DNA of 64,000 nt, taken from contig CAVSGM010000002.1 of the NCBI GenBank assembly GCA_963727485.1, positions 1 through 64,000 of the forward strand, given 5' to 3'. Positions 30,516-40,300 of the stretch are shown here, in pieces; the stretch's first letter is position 1; each line of letters begins with the position of its first letter. The position numbers and the translations under genes are program-made. This DNA comes from an uncultured delta proteobacterium. GTDB lineage: Bacteria > Myxococcota > Myxococcia > SLRQ01. Below the pieces are notes generated by a model, which worked only from the letters and a program-made list of their open reading frames with translations, did not search any database and had not been told where the DNA came from.

Positions 30516-31070
30516 TCACCCGGCGAGGCTGTAGGTCGCGACGGTCATGGTGGCGTCGACCTTCTGCTTGTCGTTGAACTTCTGGCGCACCCGCAGGCGC
30601 TTGATCTTGATCATCTGGGGCGAGGTCTGGATCCCGTTGAGGATGCCGGCGAGCTTGTCGATGGTGATGCCGTCGAGCTGCACCTGCACCGACTGCTCGG
30701 TGATCCCGCCCTGGGTCGACGGCGGGCGCGGGGTCATGTTGTCGATGTTGACCCCCTGGCCCTTGGTCACCTGCTCCATGAAGGAGAAGAGGCTCACCCC
30801 GCGGCTGCCCTGGAGCCGGGCCCGGAGGCGCTGGCGCTCGGCGTCGGCCTGCTGGAACCCGCCCGAGAGCTGCACCACCTGCGCCAGGCCCTGCTCTTCG
30901 ACGGCGATGCGGCTCTGGACGTCGGCGAACGAGCTGCGCACCGACACCGAGACCAAGAGCGCCACCAGGAGGACGAGGACCCCTCCGGCGCCGAGCGCCA
31001 GGGTCTTCTCCCGGCGCGAGAGCCGCGAGAACAGGGCCGAGGCCGAGTCGAGGAAGGCTGGGCGCTTCAT
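30516..31070 (-). CDS. gspM: Type II secretion protein M
   Basis: LSRREK + TM + coiled coil + ferredoxin-like C-terminus; ATGA overlap with gspL. Confidence 0.85.
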   Translation of the reverse strand: MKRPAFLDSASALFSRLSRREKTLALGAGGVLVLLVALLVSVSVRSSFADVQSRIAVEEQGLAQVVQLSGGFQQADAERQRLRARLQGSRGVSLFSFMEQVTKGQGVNIDNMTPRPPSTQGGITEQSVQVQLDGITIDKLAGILNGIQTSPQMIKIKRLRVRQKFNDKQKVDATMTVATYSLAG

Positions 31071-32726
31071 GAGCTGCTGCACTCCGGCGCCATGGTGGCG
31101 TCCACGTTGAAGTCGATGCTCTTGCCGTCCCGGCTCTGGCGGGTCTGGCCCTGGTTCACGTCGCCGAAGCAGGTGTAGCTCTTGAGCTTCTGGACCATCT
31201 TGGCGACCGAGTCGAAGGAGCCGGCGGTGCCCTCGAGGCGGACCTTGGTGCCGGTGATGTCGAGCTCGGAGAGGTCGATGTCGTCCATCGCCCCCAGGCG
31301 GCTGGAGACCGCGGCGAGGACGTCGGCGGCGCTGACCCTGGGCACCACCCCCGCCTGGGCCTTGGTGCCCTTGAGGCGGCTGATGGCGTCGTCGGGGTTG
31401 GTGTAGCACTGGCCGAGCACCCGCTGGGTGAGCTGGCACAGGGCGGTGCTGACCTGCTGCTCGCGCACCTCGAGGGTGTGGAAGTGGGACCAGACGTTCA
31501 CCCCCAGGATGGCCAGGAGCACCGCCGCCATGGCCACCAGCCGGGAGACGTTCCCGCGCATGTAGGAGAGGTCGCCGTGGAAGGCCAGCGGCCCCTTGCG
31601 GAAGTTGATCCGGGCGGTGCGGGTGCCGCCCTGGCCCCGGAGCGCCAGCGCCATGGCCAGGCCCGCGGCGGGGTCGTCGGCGGCGGGCCCCTCGACCTCC
31701 ACCGGGACGGTGCCCTCGGGGAAGGGATCGAGGGCCACCACCTCGCACCCGAGCTGGGCCGCGAGGTACTCGGGGAGGCCCGGCAGGCGCGCGGTGCCCC
31801 CGGTGAGGTGCACCCGCTCAATCTTGGTGCGCGAGCGCGCCGCGTGGGCGAGGAAGGTCTGGCGGATGCCGCGGATGAGCGGCGCCAGGCCCCGCTCCAG
31901 GATCCCGGCGAGGCGGGCCCGGTCGGGGAAGTGGCTTCCGGTGTCGAGGGTGCCGTCGGTCTCCTTGCGCACCTCGGCGGCGGCGAGATCCAGGCCCTCG
32001 GCGGCGGCGACCGCGGCGGTGAGGGCCCGGCCCGCCACCGGGAAGGTGCGGGCGAAGCGCGCGGCGCCGTCCTCGAGCACCATGAGGGTGGTGGTGCTGT
32101 GGCCGATGTCGAGGACCGCCTCGGTGCGGGTCTGGGGCACCAGCGGCGGCGGCTCGCCCTCCAAGGTGGGCTCGGGGGCCGGCGGCGGGGGCAGGGGCCG
32201 GATGACCCCGTGGGCGAAGAGGTTCTGGTAGGCCAGCGACGCCAGGCTCATCACCCGGGGGTCGAGGCCCACCTCCTCGAGGCGCGCCAGGAGGTCGGCG
32301 AGGAACGCCTTGCGGGCCACCGCCACCAGCACGTCGCTCTTGCCGTCACGCTGGGCCAGGACCTGGTAGTCGAAGACCACCTCGTCGAGATCGAAGGGGA
32401 TCTGGTCCTCGAGCTCGAAGGGCAGGGTCTGCTCAATCTTGCGGGTGTCGGTGAAGGGCATGGTGAGGACGTGCGCCGCCACCTCGCTCCCGGGGACCGC
32501 GGTGACCACCGCGTCGGCCTTGAACCCGGCGAGCTCGGTCTCCGAGAGGCCGGCGAGGGCCTCGGCGAGGCGGTCGTGGAGCGGTCGCACCTCCTCGGCG
32601 CCCTCGTCCTGGGGGACCGGGGCGCGTGAGGTAGCGCTTCACCGCGAAGCTTCTGAAGGTACCCTCGAGGACCACCGCCTTCACCTGGCGGCTTCCGAGA
32701 TCGAGGCCGAGGATCTTCTGGGCCAA
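31067..32726 (-). CDS. gspL: Type II secretion protein L (PilM/PilN-like); +1 frameshift near 32625
   Basis: TTG start MAQKILGLDLGSRQVK in an adjacent frame joins ..ELEDQIPF..DIGH..LTGG..INFRKG + TM. Confidence 0.88.
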
Positions 32727-32728
32727 GG

Positions 32729-34099
32729 CTAGCGTTCCTCCCAGTGCAGCAGGCGGCCCAGGGGGTTGGAGCCGTCCATGCGCACCACGGCGATGATGGT
32801 CTTGTTGACGTCGCCGGCGGTGCCGGTCGCCTTGATGGTGAAGGTGTCCGAGCTCGAGCCGAACAGGGCGTTGGGCCCGCTCCAGATGAAGCGGTTCACC
32901 TGGATGCCGTTGGACTCGAGGATGCTGCGGAAGTCCTTGGGCTGCATCCCCAGGAACGGCATCATCCCCCGCTGGAGCTGGATCTGCTGCCAGAGGTTGG
33001 TCATCACCACCGGGTCCGAGCAGCTCTGGGCCGCGGTCACCGGGTTGTCCGCGGCGATGACCATCTTCAGGCACAGGTCCGCGGGGCTGGTGGGGGTGAC
33101 GTTCATCTTGGCGTTCTTGTCGGTGTAGACGGTGAGCCGGTCCCCGAACGCCGCCATGAAGTAGTCGCCGATCCCGGGGATCTGGTAGAGCTCGTCGAGG
33201 CTGTCCAGCGGCGCGTTCTTCGGCTTGTAGGGGGGATCGTAGCGGCTGTAGTAGTAGCTCTCGTCGCCGGAGCCGGTGACGAAGGACGGGCCGTTGGCGC
33301 CCATGAGCAGGGTCTCCTGCTGCTGGTTGCCGTCGATGTAGTCGCGCATCGCCACCAAGAGGTCCCGGCGGGTCATGCGGATGCCCCAGCGGTTCTCCTG
33401 GTCGAAGAGGAAGTTGTAGCGGGGGTCCTGCATCATCGCCATCAGCTCCACCAGGGCCGCCTGCACCTGGCGGTCGAGGCCGTTGAGCTGGTTGACGTTG
33501 ATCTTGCCCTGTTCGTCGGTGATGGTCGCGTGGCAGCCGCCCTGGAAGTCGCCGAAGGGCGCGAGGTCGGCGGCCGGGGCGTCGCCGCCCTGGTTCACCG
33601 GACCGCCGGGGCCCTGGTTGGGCCCGGCGTCGCCGCCCTGGGTCATGGAGGCGAACATCCGCATCAGGTTGCAGTCGATGGGGATGAGATCCCAGAGCCG
33701 GATGCCCAGCCCGCCGCCGCCCTTGCCCGCGCCGGCGAGGCTCTGGAGCGCCGTGGGGTCGACCCCCGGGGGCAGCTTCATCGAGCCCTGGAGCGAGCCG
33801 AGGATGCCCGCGAGGCCCGGGATGTTGCCCAGGTTGTTGACCTTCTGCTGGAACGAGAGCACCAGCCGCGAGAGGTTCACCGCGCTCTCGGCGAGGTAGT
33901 GGGCCTGGAGGGCGTCCCGGGCGTTCGCCGCCAGGTGCATGTTCACCCGCTGGTGATAGGTGAACTCCACGGTGACCGCGGTGAGGATGGCGATGACCGC
34001 GGTGACCATGATCAGCGCCACCCCCCGCTGGTCGCGGATCACGCCGCCCCGTCCCCGGGGTCGCCTCGGCGGGCGCTTCTGGGTGGTCTTGGCGGGCAT
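32729..34099 (-). CDS. gspK: Minor pseudopilin K
   Basis: QRGVALIMV, QAHYLAES, DEQGKINVN and KNAPLDSLDELYQIPG. Confidence 0.92.
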   Translation of the reverse strand: MPAKTTQKRPPRRPRGRGGVIRDQRGVALIMVTAVIAILTAVTVEFTYHQRVNMHLAANARDALQAHYLAESAVNLSRLVLSFQQKVNNLGNIPGLAGILGSLQGSMKLPPGVDPTALQSLAGAGKGGGGLGIRLWDLIPIDCNLMRMFASMTQGGDAGPNQGPGGPVNQGGDAPAADLAPFGDFQGGCHATITDEQGKINVNQLNGLDRQVQAALVELMAMMQDPRYNFLFDQENRWGIRMTRRDLLVAMRDYIDGNQQQETLLMGANGPSFVTGSGDESYYYSRYDPPYKPKNAPLDSLDELYQIPGIGDYFMAAFGDRLTVYTDKNAKMNVTPTSPADLCLKMVIAADNPVTAAQSCSDPVVMTNLWQQIQLQRGMMPFLGMQPKDFRSILESNGIQVNRFIWSGPNALFGSSSDTFTIKATGTAGDVNKTIIAVVRMDGSNPLGRLLHWEER

Positions 34100-34104
34100 G
34101 GGTC

Positions 34105-34788
34105 TCACCAGGAGAGCGGCTGGGTGAGCTTCACCCGGGCTTCGGTGACGAAGGTGTGGGCGTGGCCGTCGGGATCGGTGCACTTGATGGTGACCCGGAT
34201 CCGCGAGGGGATGTGGCTGTGCTGGTCGGAGTCGTGGGTGTCCCAGCCGTCCTCCCAGCTCTTGTCGTCGGGGTTCCACCACTGGACGTTGAAGGCGGTG
34301 ACGTTCTCCAGCAGCACCTCCTTCACGCCCCCGCGCTGCCACTCGCCGTCGATGACGTTCTTCTGGCGGCGGAAGAGGTCGGTGTGGCCGTCGTCGTCGG
34401 TGCCCACGGTGTAGTCGACGATGGCCTGGTCGCTCGACTTCTCGTCGAGGTAGAGGCGCCGGTTCACGAAGCCGGTGAAGGCGAGGCGGTCCTGGTCGCC
34501 CTGGTCGTCGATGAGGAAGAAGGTGGGGCGGTTGGCCGGGTCGTCGTCGGGGTAGCGGGTGGTGTCGTAGTCCGAGGAGATGAAGGCCTCGGAGACCTCC
34601 CGGGCGATGCGGTTCATCGCCACCCGCACCCCCTGCCACCACTCGGTGTCGGCGTCGAGCTGCTTGGTCACGCGCAGGGTCCGCCCGAAGCTCGCCCAGA
34701 TGAGGGTGCTCATGATGGCCACGATGACCACCGCCAGCGTCACCTCGATGAGGGTGAAGCCGCGGGCTGGGGGCCGGCGCCGGATCAT
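34105..34788 (-). CDS. gspJ: Minor pseudopilin J
   Basis: RGFTLIEV prepilin motif; gene order. Confidence 0.88.
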   Translation of the reverse strand: MIRRRPPARGFTLIEVTLAVVIVAIMSTLIWASFGRTLRVTKQLDADTEWWQGVRVAMNRIAREVSEAFISSDYDTTRYPDDDPANRPTFFLIDDQGDQDRLAFTGFVNRRLYLDEKSSDQAIVDYTVGTDDDGHTDLFRRQKNVIDGEWQRGGVKEVLLENVTAFNVQWWNPDDKSWEDGWDTHDSDQHSHIPSRIRVTIKCTDPDGHAHTFVTEARVKLTQPLSW

Positions 34789-35540
34789 GGGATGAGGTTC
34801 CCCCCGCCCTGGCGCCGCAGCGCCGGGAGGATGCCCGACTGCTGGAGCGCCGGGGGCAGGTTGGGGAGGTTGCCGAGGCTGTTCTTGATCTGGTTGAGGC
34901 GCTGCTGCTGGGCGCTCTGCTGCTGTTGCTGCTGGCTCCCGGGGGCGCCCTGGCCGGGGACCTTGACCACGTGGGTCACCACGGTCATCGACGAGGGCCC
35001 GGTGATGTCGGTCCAGCTCACGGTGATGCGCACCTCGCGGATGCTCTGGTTCACCATGGGCCCGAGCTGGGACACCATGGGCCCGATCATCCCCGCCAGG
35101 CCCCCCTGGGCCGAGGTGGGGCCGCCGTTGTTGGGGTCGCTCGCCGAGTCGTCACTGCCCGGGATGTCTCCAGGCTTGAGGCCCATGGCCCCGCCCACCA
35201 TGCTCATCAGCTGGGTGGCGTCGACCTTGATGTCCGGCTTGACGATGTCCGCCTTCCACTTGAAGTTCGGGTAGCCATCGGCCTCGAAGGTGCCCGTCTC
35301 CTCGTCGTTGAAGTCGGGGAAGTCCTCGTCGAAGAGCTTCTCCTCCACGTCCACCATCTTGGAGCGGGCGAGGAGCGAGGCGACGGTGAGGAACTTGGAG
35401 TGGTTGTACATCCGCACCGCGCCCGAGTGCAGGTTGAGGATCGCCACCAGGCTCACCGCGAGGATGGCCATGGAGATCATCACCTCGAGGAGGGTGAAGC
35501 CCGCGGCGCCCCGGGCGCCTTGCCGGCGGCGCCTAGTCAC
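34785..35540 (-). CDS. gspI: Minor pseudopilin I
   Basis: AGFTLLEV motif and REVRITVSW; gene order. Confidence 0.85.
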   Translation of the reverse strand: MTRRRRQGARGAAGFTLLEVMISMAILAVSLVAILNLHSGAVRMYNHSKFLTVASLLARSKMVDVEEKLFDEDFPDFNDEETGTFEADGYPNFKWKADIVKPDIKVDATQLMSMVGGAMGLKPGDIPGSDDSASDPNNGGPTSAQGGLAGMIGPMVSQLGPMVNQSIREVRITVSWTDITGPSSMTVVTHVVKVPGQGAPGSQQQQQQSAQQQRLNQIKNSLGNLPNLPPALQQSGILPALRRQGGGNLIP

Positions 35541-36201
35541 GGGGCACCTCCAGCTTGCCTACGTGGACGATGGTGCGCCCGGTGAGCCCCTGCACCGTGA
35601 GGGTGTAGTCGTGGTGGTCGTCGTCCTCGAGGAAGACGTAGGCCTTCTGGGTCTCGCCCATGGGGAAGAAGTAGAGGAAGGCGTCGCCCTTGGTGACGGT
35701 CTGGGTGACCCGCCCGGTCCACACGCCCACCAGGTGGACGTTCTCCGGGAGCTTCACCGGCTGCACCGTGGAGGTGGCGAACTGGGACCACGCGGCCTTC
35801 TGCTCGATGCCCGCCTGGAACTTCTCCTCGTCGGTCTCGGGCTTGCGGTCGGCGAACGGCGAGTCGTCCTGCACGTCCCGGGCCCCGTCCCGGACGTCGG
35901 TCTGCCCGGCGGCGAGGCGCGGCGGGCCCTTGGTGCACTCGGCGGCGTAGCCCCCGTTGTCCTTGTCGCCCGAGAGGGTGAAGTGGAGCCGGCAGGTCTC
36001 CCCGGTGATCGCCGTGTGATCGTAGAGATACCGGATGGCCCCGGAGAGGCGCCCGGCCTCCTCCTTGACCTTCACCCCGGCCATCGCCTGCACCGAGGGC
36101 ATCACCAGGGCGAAGAGCCCGGCCACGATCAGCAGGGCGATCATCACCTCGATGAGGGTCATGCCGCGGGCATCGCCGCGGAGGGTGGGACGGCGGGGCA
36201 T
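35533..36201 (-). CDS. gspH: Minor pseudopilin H
   Basis: RGMTLIEV motif and YFFPMG; gene order. Confidence 0.85.
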   Translation of the reverse strand: MPRRPTLRGDARGMTLIEVMIALLIVAGLFALVMPSVQAMAGVKVKEEAGRLSGAIRYLYDHTAITGETCRLHFTLSGDKDNGGYAAECTKGPPRLAAGQTDVRDGARDVQDDSPFADRKPETDEEKFQAGIEQKAAWSQFATSTVQPVKLPENVHLVGVWTGRVTQTVTKGDAFLYFFPMGETQKAYVFLEDDDHHDYTLTVQGLTGRTIVHVGKLEVPRD

Positions 36202-36213
36202 GGGGACGTCGGA

Positions 36214-36594
36214 TCAGGGCTGGGCGGCCCGGGGGTGGAAGGGATCGCGGGCGGCGCCGGTCTTCAGGTCGAGGCGCACCCCGACCCCGGGGGCCACGTG
36301 GATCTCCCGGACGCCGGCGGCCGGGGGGATGGTCACGTAGGGGCCCGGTTCACCGCGCTCGCAGGGCGGGGGCGTGGCGTCGTCGGCGCCGGGGACGTAG
36401 CCCGGGTGGCGCTTCAGCCAGGGGCAGCCGTCGCCGTCGGTCGCCGCGCCCCGCTGCCAGGCGTTGCAGTGGTGGTGGCACCGGTGGCCGAAGTGCACGA
36501 CCCCCGGCCGCAGCGGCAGGCCGATGATCATCCCGCCCATGAGGCCGATGAGCACCGCCCACACCCGGCCCCGACTGCTGTCGAAGCCGGTCAC
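36214..36594 (-). CDS. Hypothetical 126-aa membrane-anchored His/Cys-rich protein
   Basis: GTG overlaps the gspG stop (GTGA); the ORF fills the gspG-gspH gap; N-terminal hydrophobic stretch. Confidence 0.6.
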   Translation of the reverse strand: MTGFDSSRGRVWAVLIGLMGGMIIGLPLRPGVVHFGHRCHHHCNAWQRGAATDGDGCPWLKRHPGYVPGADDATPPPCERGEPGPYVTIPPAAGVREIHVAPGVGVRLDLKTGAARDPFHPRAAQP

Positions 36595-37040
36595 TTCTTC
36601 GCCTGCTGGCCCAGCGACCCGAGGAAGAGATCCTGGTTGTCCCCGGTGCCGCCGGGCTGCCCGTCGGCGCCGTAGGTGCCGATGTCCGGGCCGTCGGAGT
36701 TCTTCACCCCCGGGAACCGGTAGATGTACGGGTGCCCCCAGGGATCCACCGGCGTCTTGCTGAGCATCTTCTCGCTCACCAGGGCCTGGATGCCCTCGTC
36801 GCTCGAGGGGTAGTGGGAGTTCTTGTTGTAGTAGAGATCCGCGGCGTTCTTGATGGTCTGGATGTCGATCTTGGCCTGCTTGACCTTGGCCTGACGCAGG
36901 CTGGGGATCACCGCCACCGCCACCGCCGCCGCCACCATCCCCAGGATGGTGATGACGATCATGATCTCGATGAGCGTCATGCCGCGGGCACCGTCGGGCT
37001 CGATCATCCGCCGGCGGACGTGACGAAGGTAGGCGTGCAT
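36591..37040 (-). CDS. gspG: Major pseudopilin G
   Basis: RGMTLIEIMIVITILG, YP..EGIQALV, DPWGHPYIY and YGADGQPGGTG. Confidence 0.95.
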   Translation of the reverse strand: MHAYLRHVRRRMIEPDGARGMTLIEIMIVITILGMVAAAVAVAVIPSLRQAKVKQAKIDIQTIKNAADLYYNKNSHYPSSDEGIQALVSEKMLSKTPVDPWGHPYIYRFPGVKNSDGPDIGTYGADGQPGGTGDNQDLFLGSLGQQAKK

Positions 37041-37055
37041 CTTCTGGATCTCCTT

Positions 37056-37271
37056 CTAGTGAAGCTCGGTGTAGAGCGGGGCCTCGGCGCGGGGGCTGGG
37101 GCCGCTCGACTGGGAGTGGAAGGTGGTGGGTACGGGCTCGGGCCGCACCCGCCCGGAGACGGTGGTCCACACCAGCGCGGCGCTCACCCCGAGGAGGAGC
37201 GCGAGGAGCACGGCGCGGACGACGGTGTCGGCCCGGCCTTCGCCCTGGATGAGCTCGAGGAGGGTGGACAT
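37056..37271 (-). CDS. Hypothetical 71-aa single-TM protein
   Basis: Fills the gspF-gspG gap; GAGG upstream; one TM. Confidence 0.6.
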   Translation of the reverse strand: MSTLLELIQGEGRADTVVRAVLLALLLGVSAALVWTTVSGRVRPEPVPTTFHSQSSGPSPRAEAPLYTELH

Positions 37272-37280
37272 CAGGGGCCT

Positions 37281-38516
37281 CTAGCCGGTCACCATGGTGT
37301 TGAGCTTGAGGATCGGCATGAGGATGGAGAAGACGATGAAGGCGACGATGCCGCCCATGGCGACGATCATCACCGGCTCCAGGAGGCTGGTGAGGCTCTG
37401 GATCCGGGTCTCCACCTGGCTCTCGTAGCTGGTGGCGACGTTCATCAGCATGTCCTCGAGCTGGCCGCTTTTCTCGCCGATGGCCACCATGTGGTAGACG
37501 AGCGGCGGGAAGTAGCCCGAGCGCTTGAGCGGCGCGGCGATGGCGTCGCCCTCCTGGATGGAGGCGCGGGCCTCGTCGACGACCTTGGCCAGCACGCTGT
37601 TGTTCACCACGTTCCGGACGATCTCCAGGGCCGAGAGGATGGGCACCCCGGAGCGCAGGAGCGTGGACAGGGTCCGGGCGAAGCGGCCCATGGCGATCAT
37701 GCGGTTGAGGTCGCCGAGGATCGGGGCCCGGAGGAGAAAGCGGTCGAGGCGCTCGCGGCCGGCCTCGGTGCGCACCCAGGCCCGGAAGGCGATGATGGCG
37801 AGGACGAAGAGGATCAAGAAGAGCCACCAGTAGTCCCGCGCCAGGTTGGCGGAGAAGATCAGCGCCTTGGTGGTCCAGGGCAACGTGGCGCCCACGTCCT
37901 TGAACATCTGGGTGACCTTCGGCACCACCACGGTCATCAGGATGCCGAGGATGACCACCATGATCAGCACCATGATGGCCGGGTACATCAGGGCCCCGGA
38001 GATCTTCTGCTTGAGGCGCGCCTGCCCCTCGGTGAAGTCGGCCAGCCGCACCAGGACCACGTCGAGGGCGCCGGAGCTCTCGCCGGCGCGGACCATGTTC
38101 ACGAAGATCCGGGTGAAGATCCTGGGGTGGCTCTCCAGGGCCTCGGCGAGCGACGAGCCCTCGTTGACCCGGTCCTTCACCTGGCTGACGACCCGCTTGA
38201 GGGTGGGGTGGTCGACCTGGTCGGTGAGGGCGGCGAGCGCCTCGACCAGGGGCACCCCGGCGCCCACCAGGGTGGCGAGCTGGCGGGTCATGATCGCCAC
38301 GTCCTGGGCGCTGGCCCGGGCGCGGAGCTTGCCCAGGCTCACGTCCTGGGAGAGGACCTGGCCGGCGGACTTCTTGCCGCCCTCCTCGGTGAAGTTGGTG
38401 AGGTAGACCCCGTCACGCCGGAGCGTGCCCCGGAGCGTCCGGGGGCTCTCGGCGTCGAGGAGGCCCTTGACCTGGCGTCCGGCCTCGTTGAGGCCCTGGT
38501 ACTCGTAGACCGGCAT
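37281..38516 (-). CDS. gspF: T2SS inner membrane platform protein F
   Basis: RQLATLVGAGVPL, AGESSG, YPAIM and IGEKSGQL. Confidence 0.96.
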   Translation of the reverse strand: MPVYEYQGLNEAGRQVKGLLDAESPRTLRGTLRRDGVYLTNFTEEGGKKSAGQVLSQDVSLGKLRARASAQDVAIMTRQLATLVGAGVPLVEALAALTDQVDHPTLKRVVSQVKDRVNEGSSLAEALESHPRIFTRIFVNMVRAGESSGALDVVLVRLADFTEGQARLKQKISGALMYPAIMVLIMVVILGILMTVVVPKVTQMFKDVGATLPWTTKALIFSANLARDYWWLFLILFVLAIIAFRAWVRTEAGRERLDRFLLRAPILGDLNRMIAMGRFARTLSTLLRSGVPILSALEIVRNVVNNSVLAKVVDEARASIQEGDAIAAPLKRSGYFPPLVYHMVAIGEKSGQLEDMLMNVATSYESQVETRIQSLTSLLEPVMIVAMGGIVAFIVFSILMPILKLNTMVTG

Positions 38517-38520
38517 GGCG

Positions 38521-40297
38521 TCAGACGATGGTGTCCCGGGTCACCCGGAGGACCTCCTCCACGGTGGTGACCCCGGCGAGGACCTTGAGGGCGCCGTCCT
38601 GCTTGAGGGTGCGCATCCCACCCTCGACGGCGGCGTGCTTGAGGAGGTTGGAGTCGACGTTCTTGGGGATGAGGGCGCGGACCTCGTCGGTGACGTTCAT
38701 CAGCTCGTAGATCCCGCTGCGGCCCCGGTACCCGGTCTGGTTGCACTCGTTGCAGCCCACCGCCTCGTAGAGGGTGTGGGTCCGCGCCTCCTTGAGGGCG
38801 TCGCCGGTGAACCCGAGCTCCATGAGCTCCTCGTCGGTGGGCTGGTGCTCGCGCTTGCACTTGGGGCAGGCCAGGCGCACCAGCCGCTGGGCCATCAGCC
38901 CGATGAGGGAGCTGGCCACCAGGAACGGCTCCACGCCCATCTCCACCAGCCGGGTGATGGCCGAGGCGGCGTCGTTGGTGTGGAGGGTGGAGAGCACCAG
39001 GTGGCCGGTGAGGGACGCCTGGATGGCGATCTCGGCGGTCTCCTTGTCGCGGATCTCGCCGACCATGATCACGTCGGGATCCTGGCGGAGGAACGAGCGC
39101 AGCCCCCGGGCGAAGGTCCGCTCGATCTTGGCGTCGACCTGCATCTGGCCGATGCCCGAGAGCTCGTACTCGATGGGGTCCTCGACGGTGAGGATGTTCT
39201 TGTCCGGCGAGTTGATCTGCGACAGGCAGGCGTAGAGCGTGGTGGTCTTGCCGCTGCCGGTGGGGCCGGTGACCAGGATGATGCCGTGGGGCCGGTGGAT
39301 CAGCTGGGTCATGGTCTTCAGCTGGGCCTGGGAGAACCCGAGGTCCGTGAGATCCATGAGCACCGAGGACCGGTCGAGGAGCCGCATCACCACCCGCTCG
39401 CCGTGGCGCACGGGGATGGTCGACACCCGGATGTCCACGTCGCGGCCGGCGAGCTTGATGCGGATGCGGCCGTCCTGGGGCAGGCGCTTCTCGGCGATGT
39501 TCAGCCCCGCCATGACCTTGACGCGGCTGACGATGGAGGCCTGGAAGCGCTTGGGCGGCTTGATGACCTCCTGGAGCACTCCGTCGACCCGGAACCGCAC
39601 GATGAGCTCGCGCTCCTGGGGCTCGATGTGGATGTCGCTGGCGCGCTCCTTCACCGAGCGGAAGAGCAGGGAGTTGACCAGGCGGATGATCGGCGCCTCG
39701 TCGTCCGAGACGTCGAGGAGGTCCTGGGGCTCCTCGAGCTCGTGGGCGAGCTCGGCGAGGTCGTCGGTGGCCTCGAGGTCCTCGACCAGGCGCTGGGTCT
39801 CGTTGGCGGCCCGGTCGTAGATGGCGTTGATGGCGTCGATGATGGTCTGGGGCGGCGCCAGCACCGGCGAGGGCGGGGTCCCGAGGAGCAGGTGGAGGTG
39901 GTCGAGGGCTCCGAGCTCGAGGGGGTCGGCGACGGCGGTGACGATCATCCCCAGCTCGTCCCGGCGCAGCGGCAGGAGCCGGTACTGCTTGGCGAAGTTG
40001 ATGGGCACCTGGGCGACGATTCTCGGGGTCGGCGTCGTCGACGGTGATGCCCTCCATCAGCGGGAGGTCGAACTGGGCCGAGAGGGCCCGGTAGAGGTCG
40101 TCCTCGGTGATGGCCTTCATCGAGAGGAGCACCTCGCCGATGCGCCCGCCCTTCTCGGCCTGCAGGGCCAGCGCCTCCTCGACCCGCGCCGGGTCGAGGC
40201 CGCAGAGGGCCACGAGGATCTCGCCCAGGGGGTGGCCCGCGAGCCGGGCCCCGCCAAGGGTGGTCACCTGGGTTTCGAGCTGTGCCTCCTCGGACAT
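38521..40297 (-). CDS. gspE: T2SS ATPase E; +1 frameshift near 40020
   Basis: MshEN-like N-terminus (PLGEILV..RIGEVL), ASDIHIEP, GPTGSGKTT, LRQDPD and CPKC..CNEC. Confidence 0.95.
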
Positions 40298-40300
40298 CGG

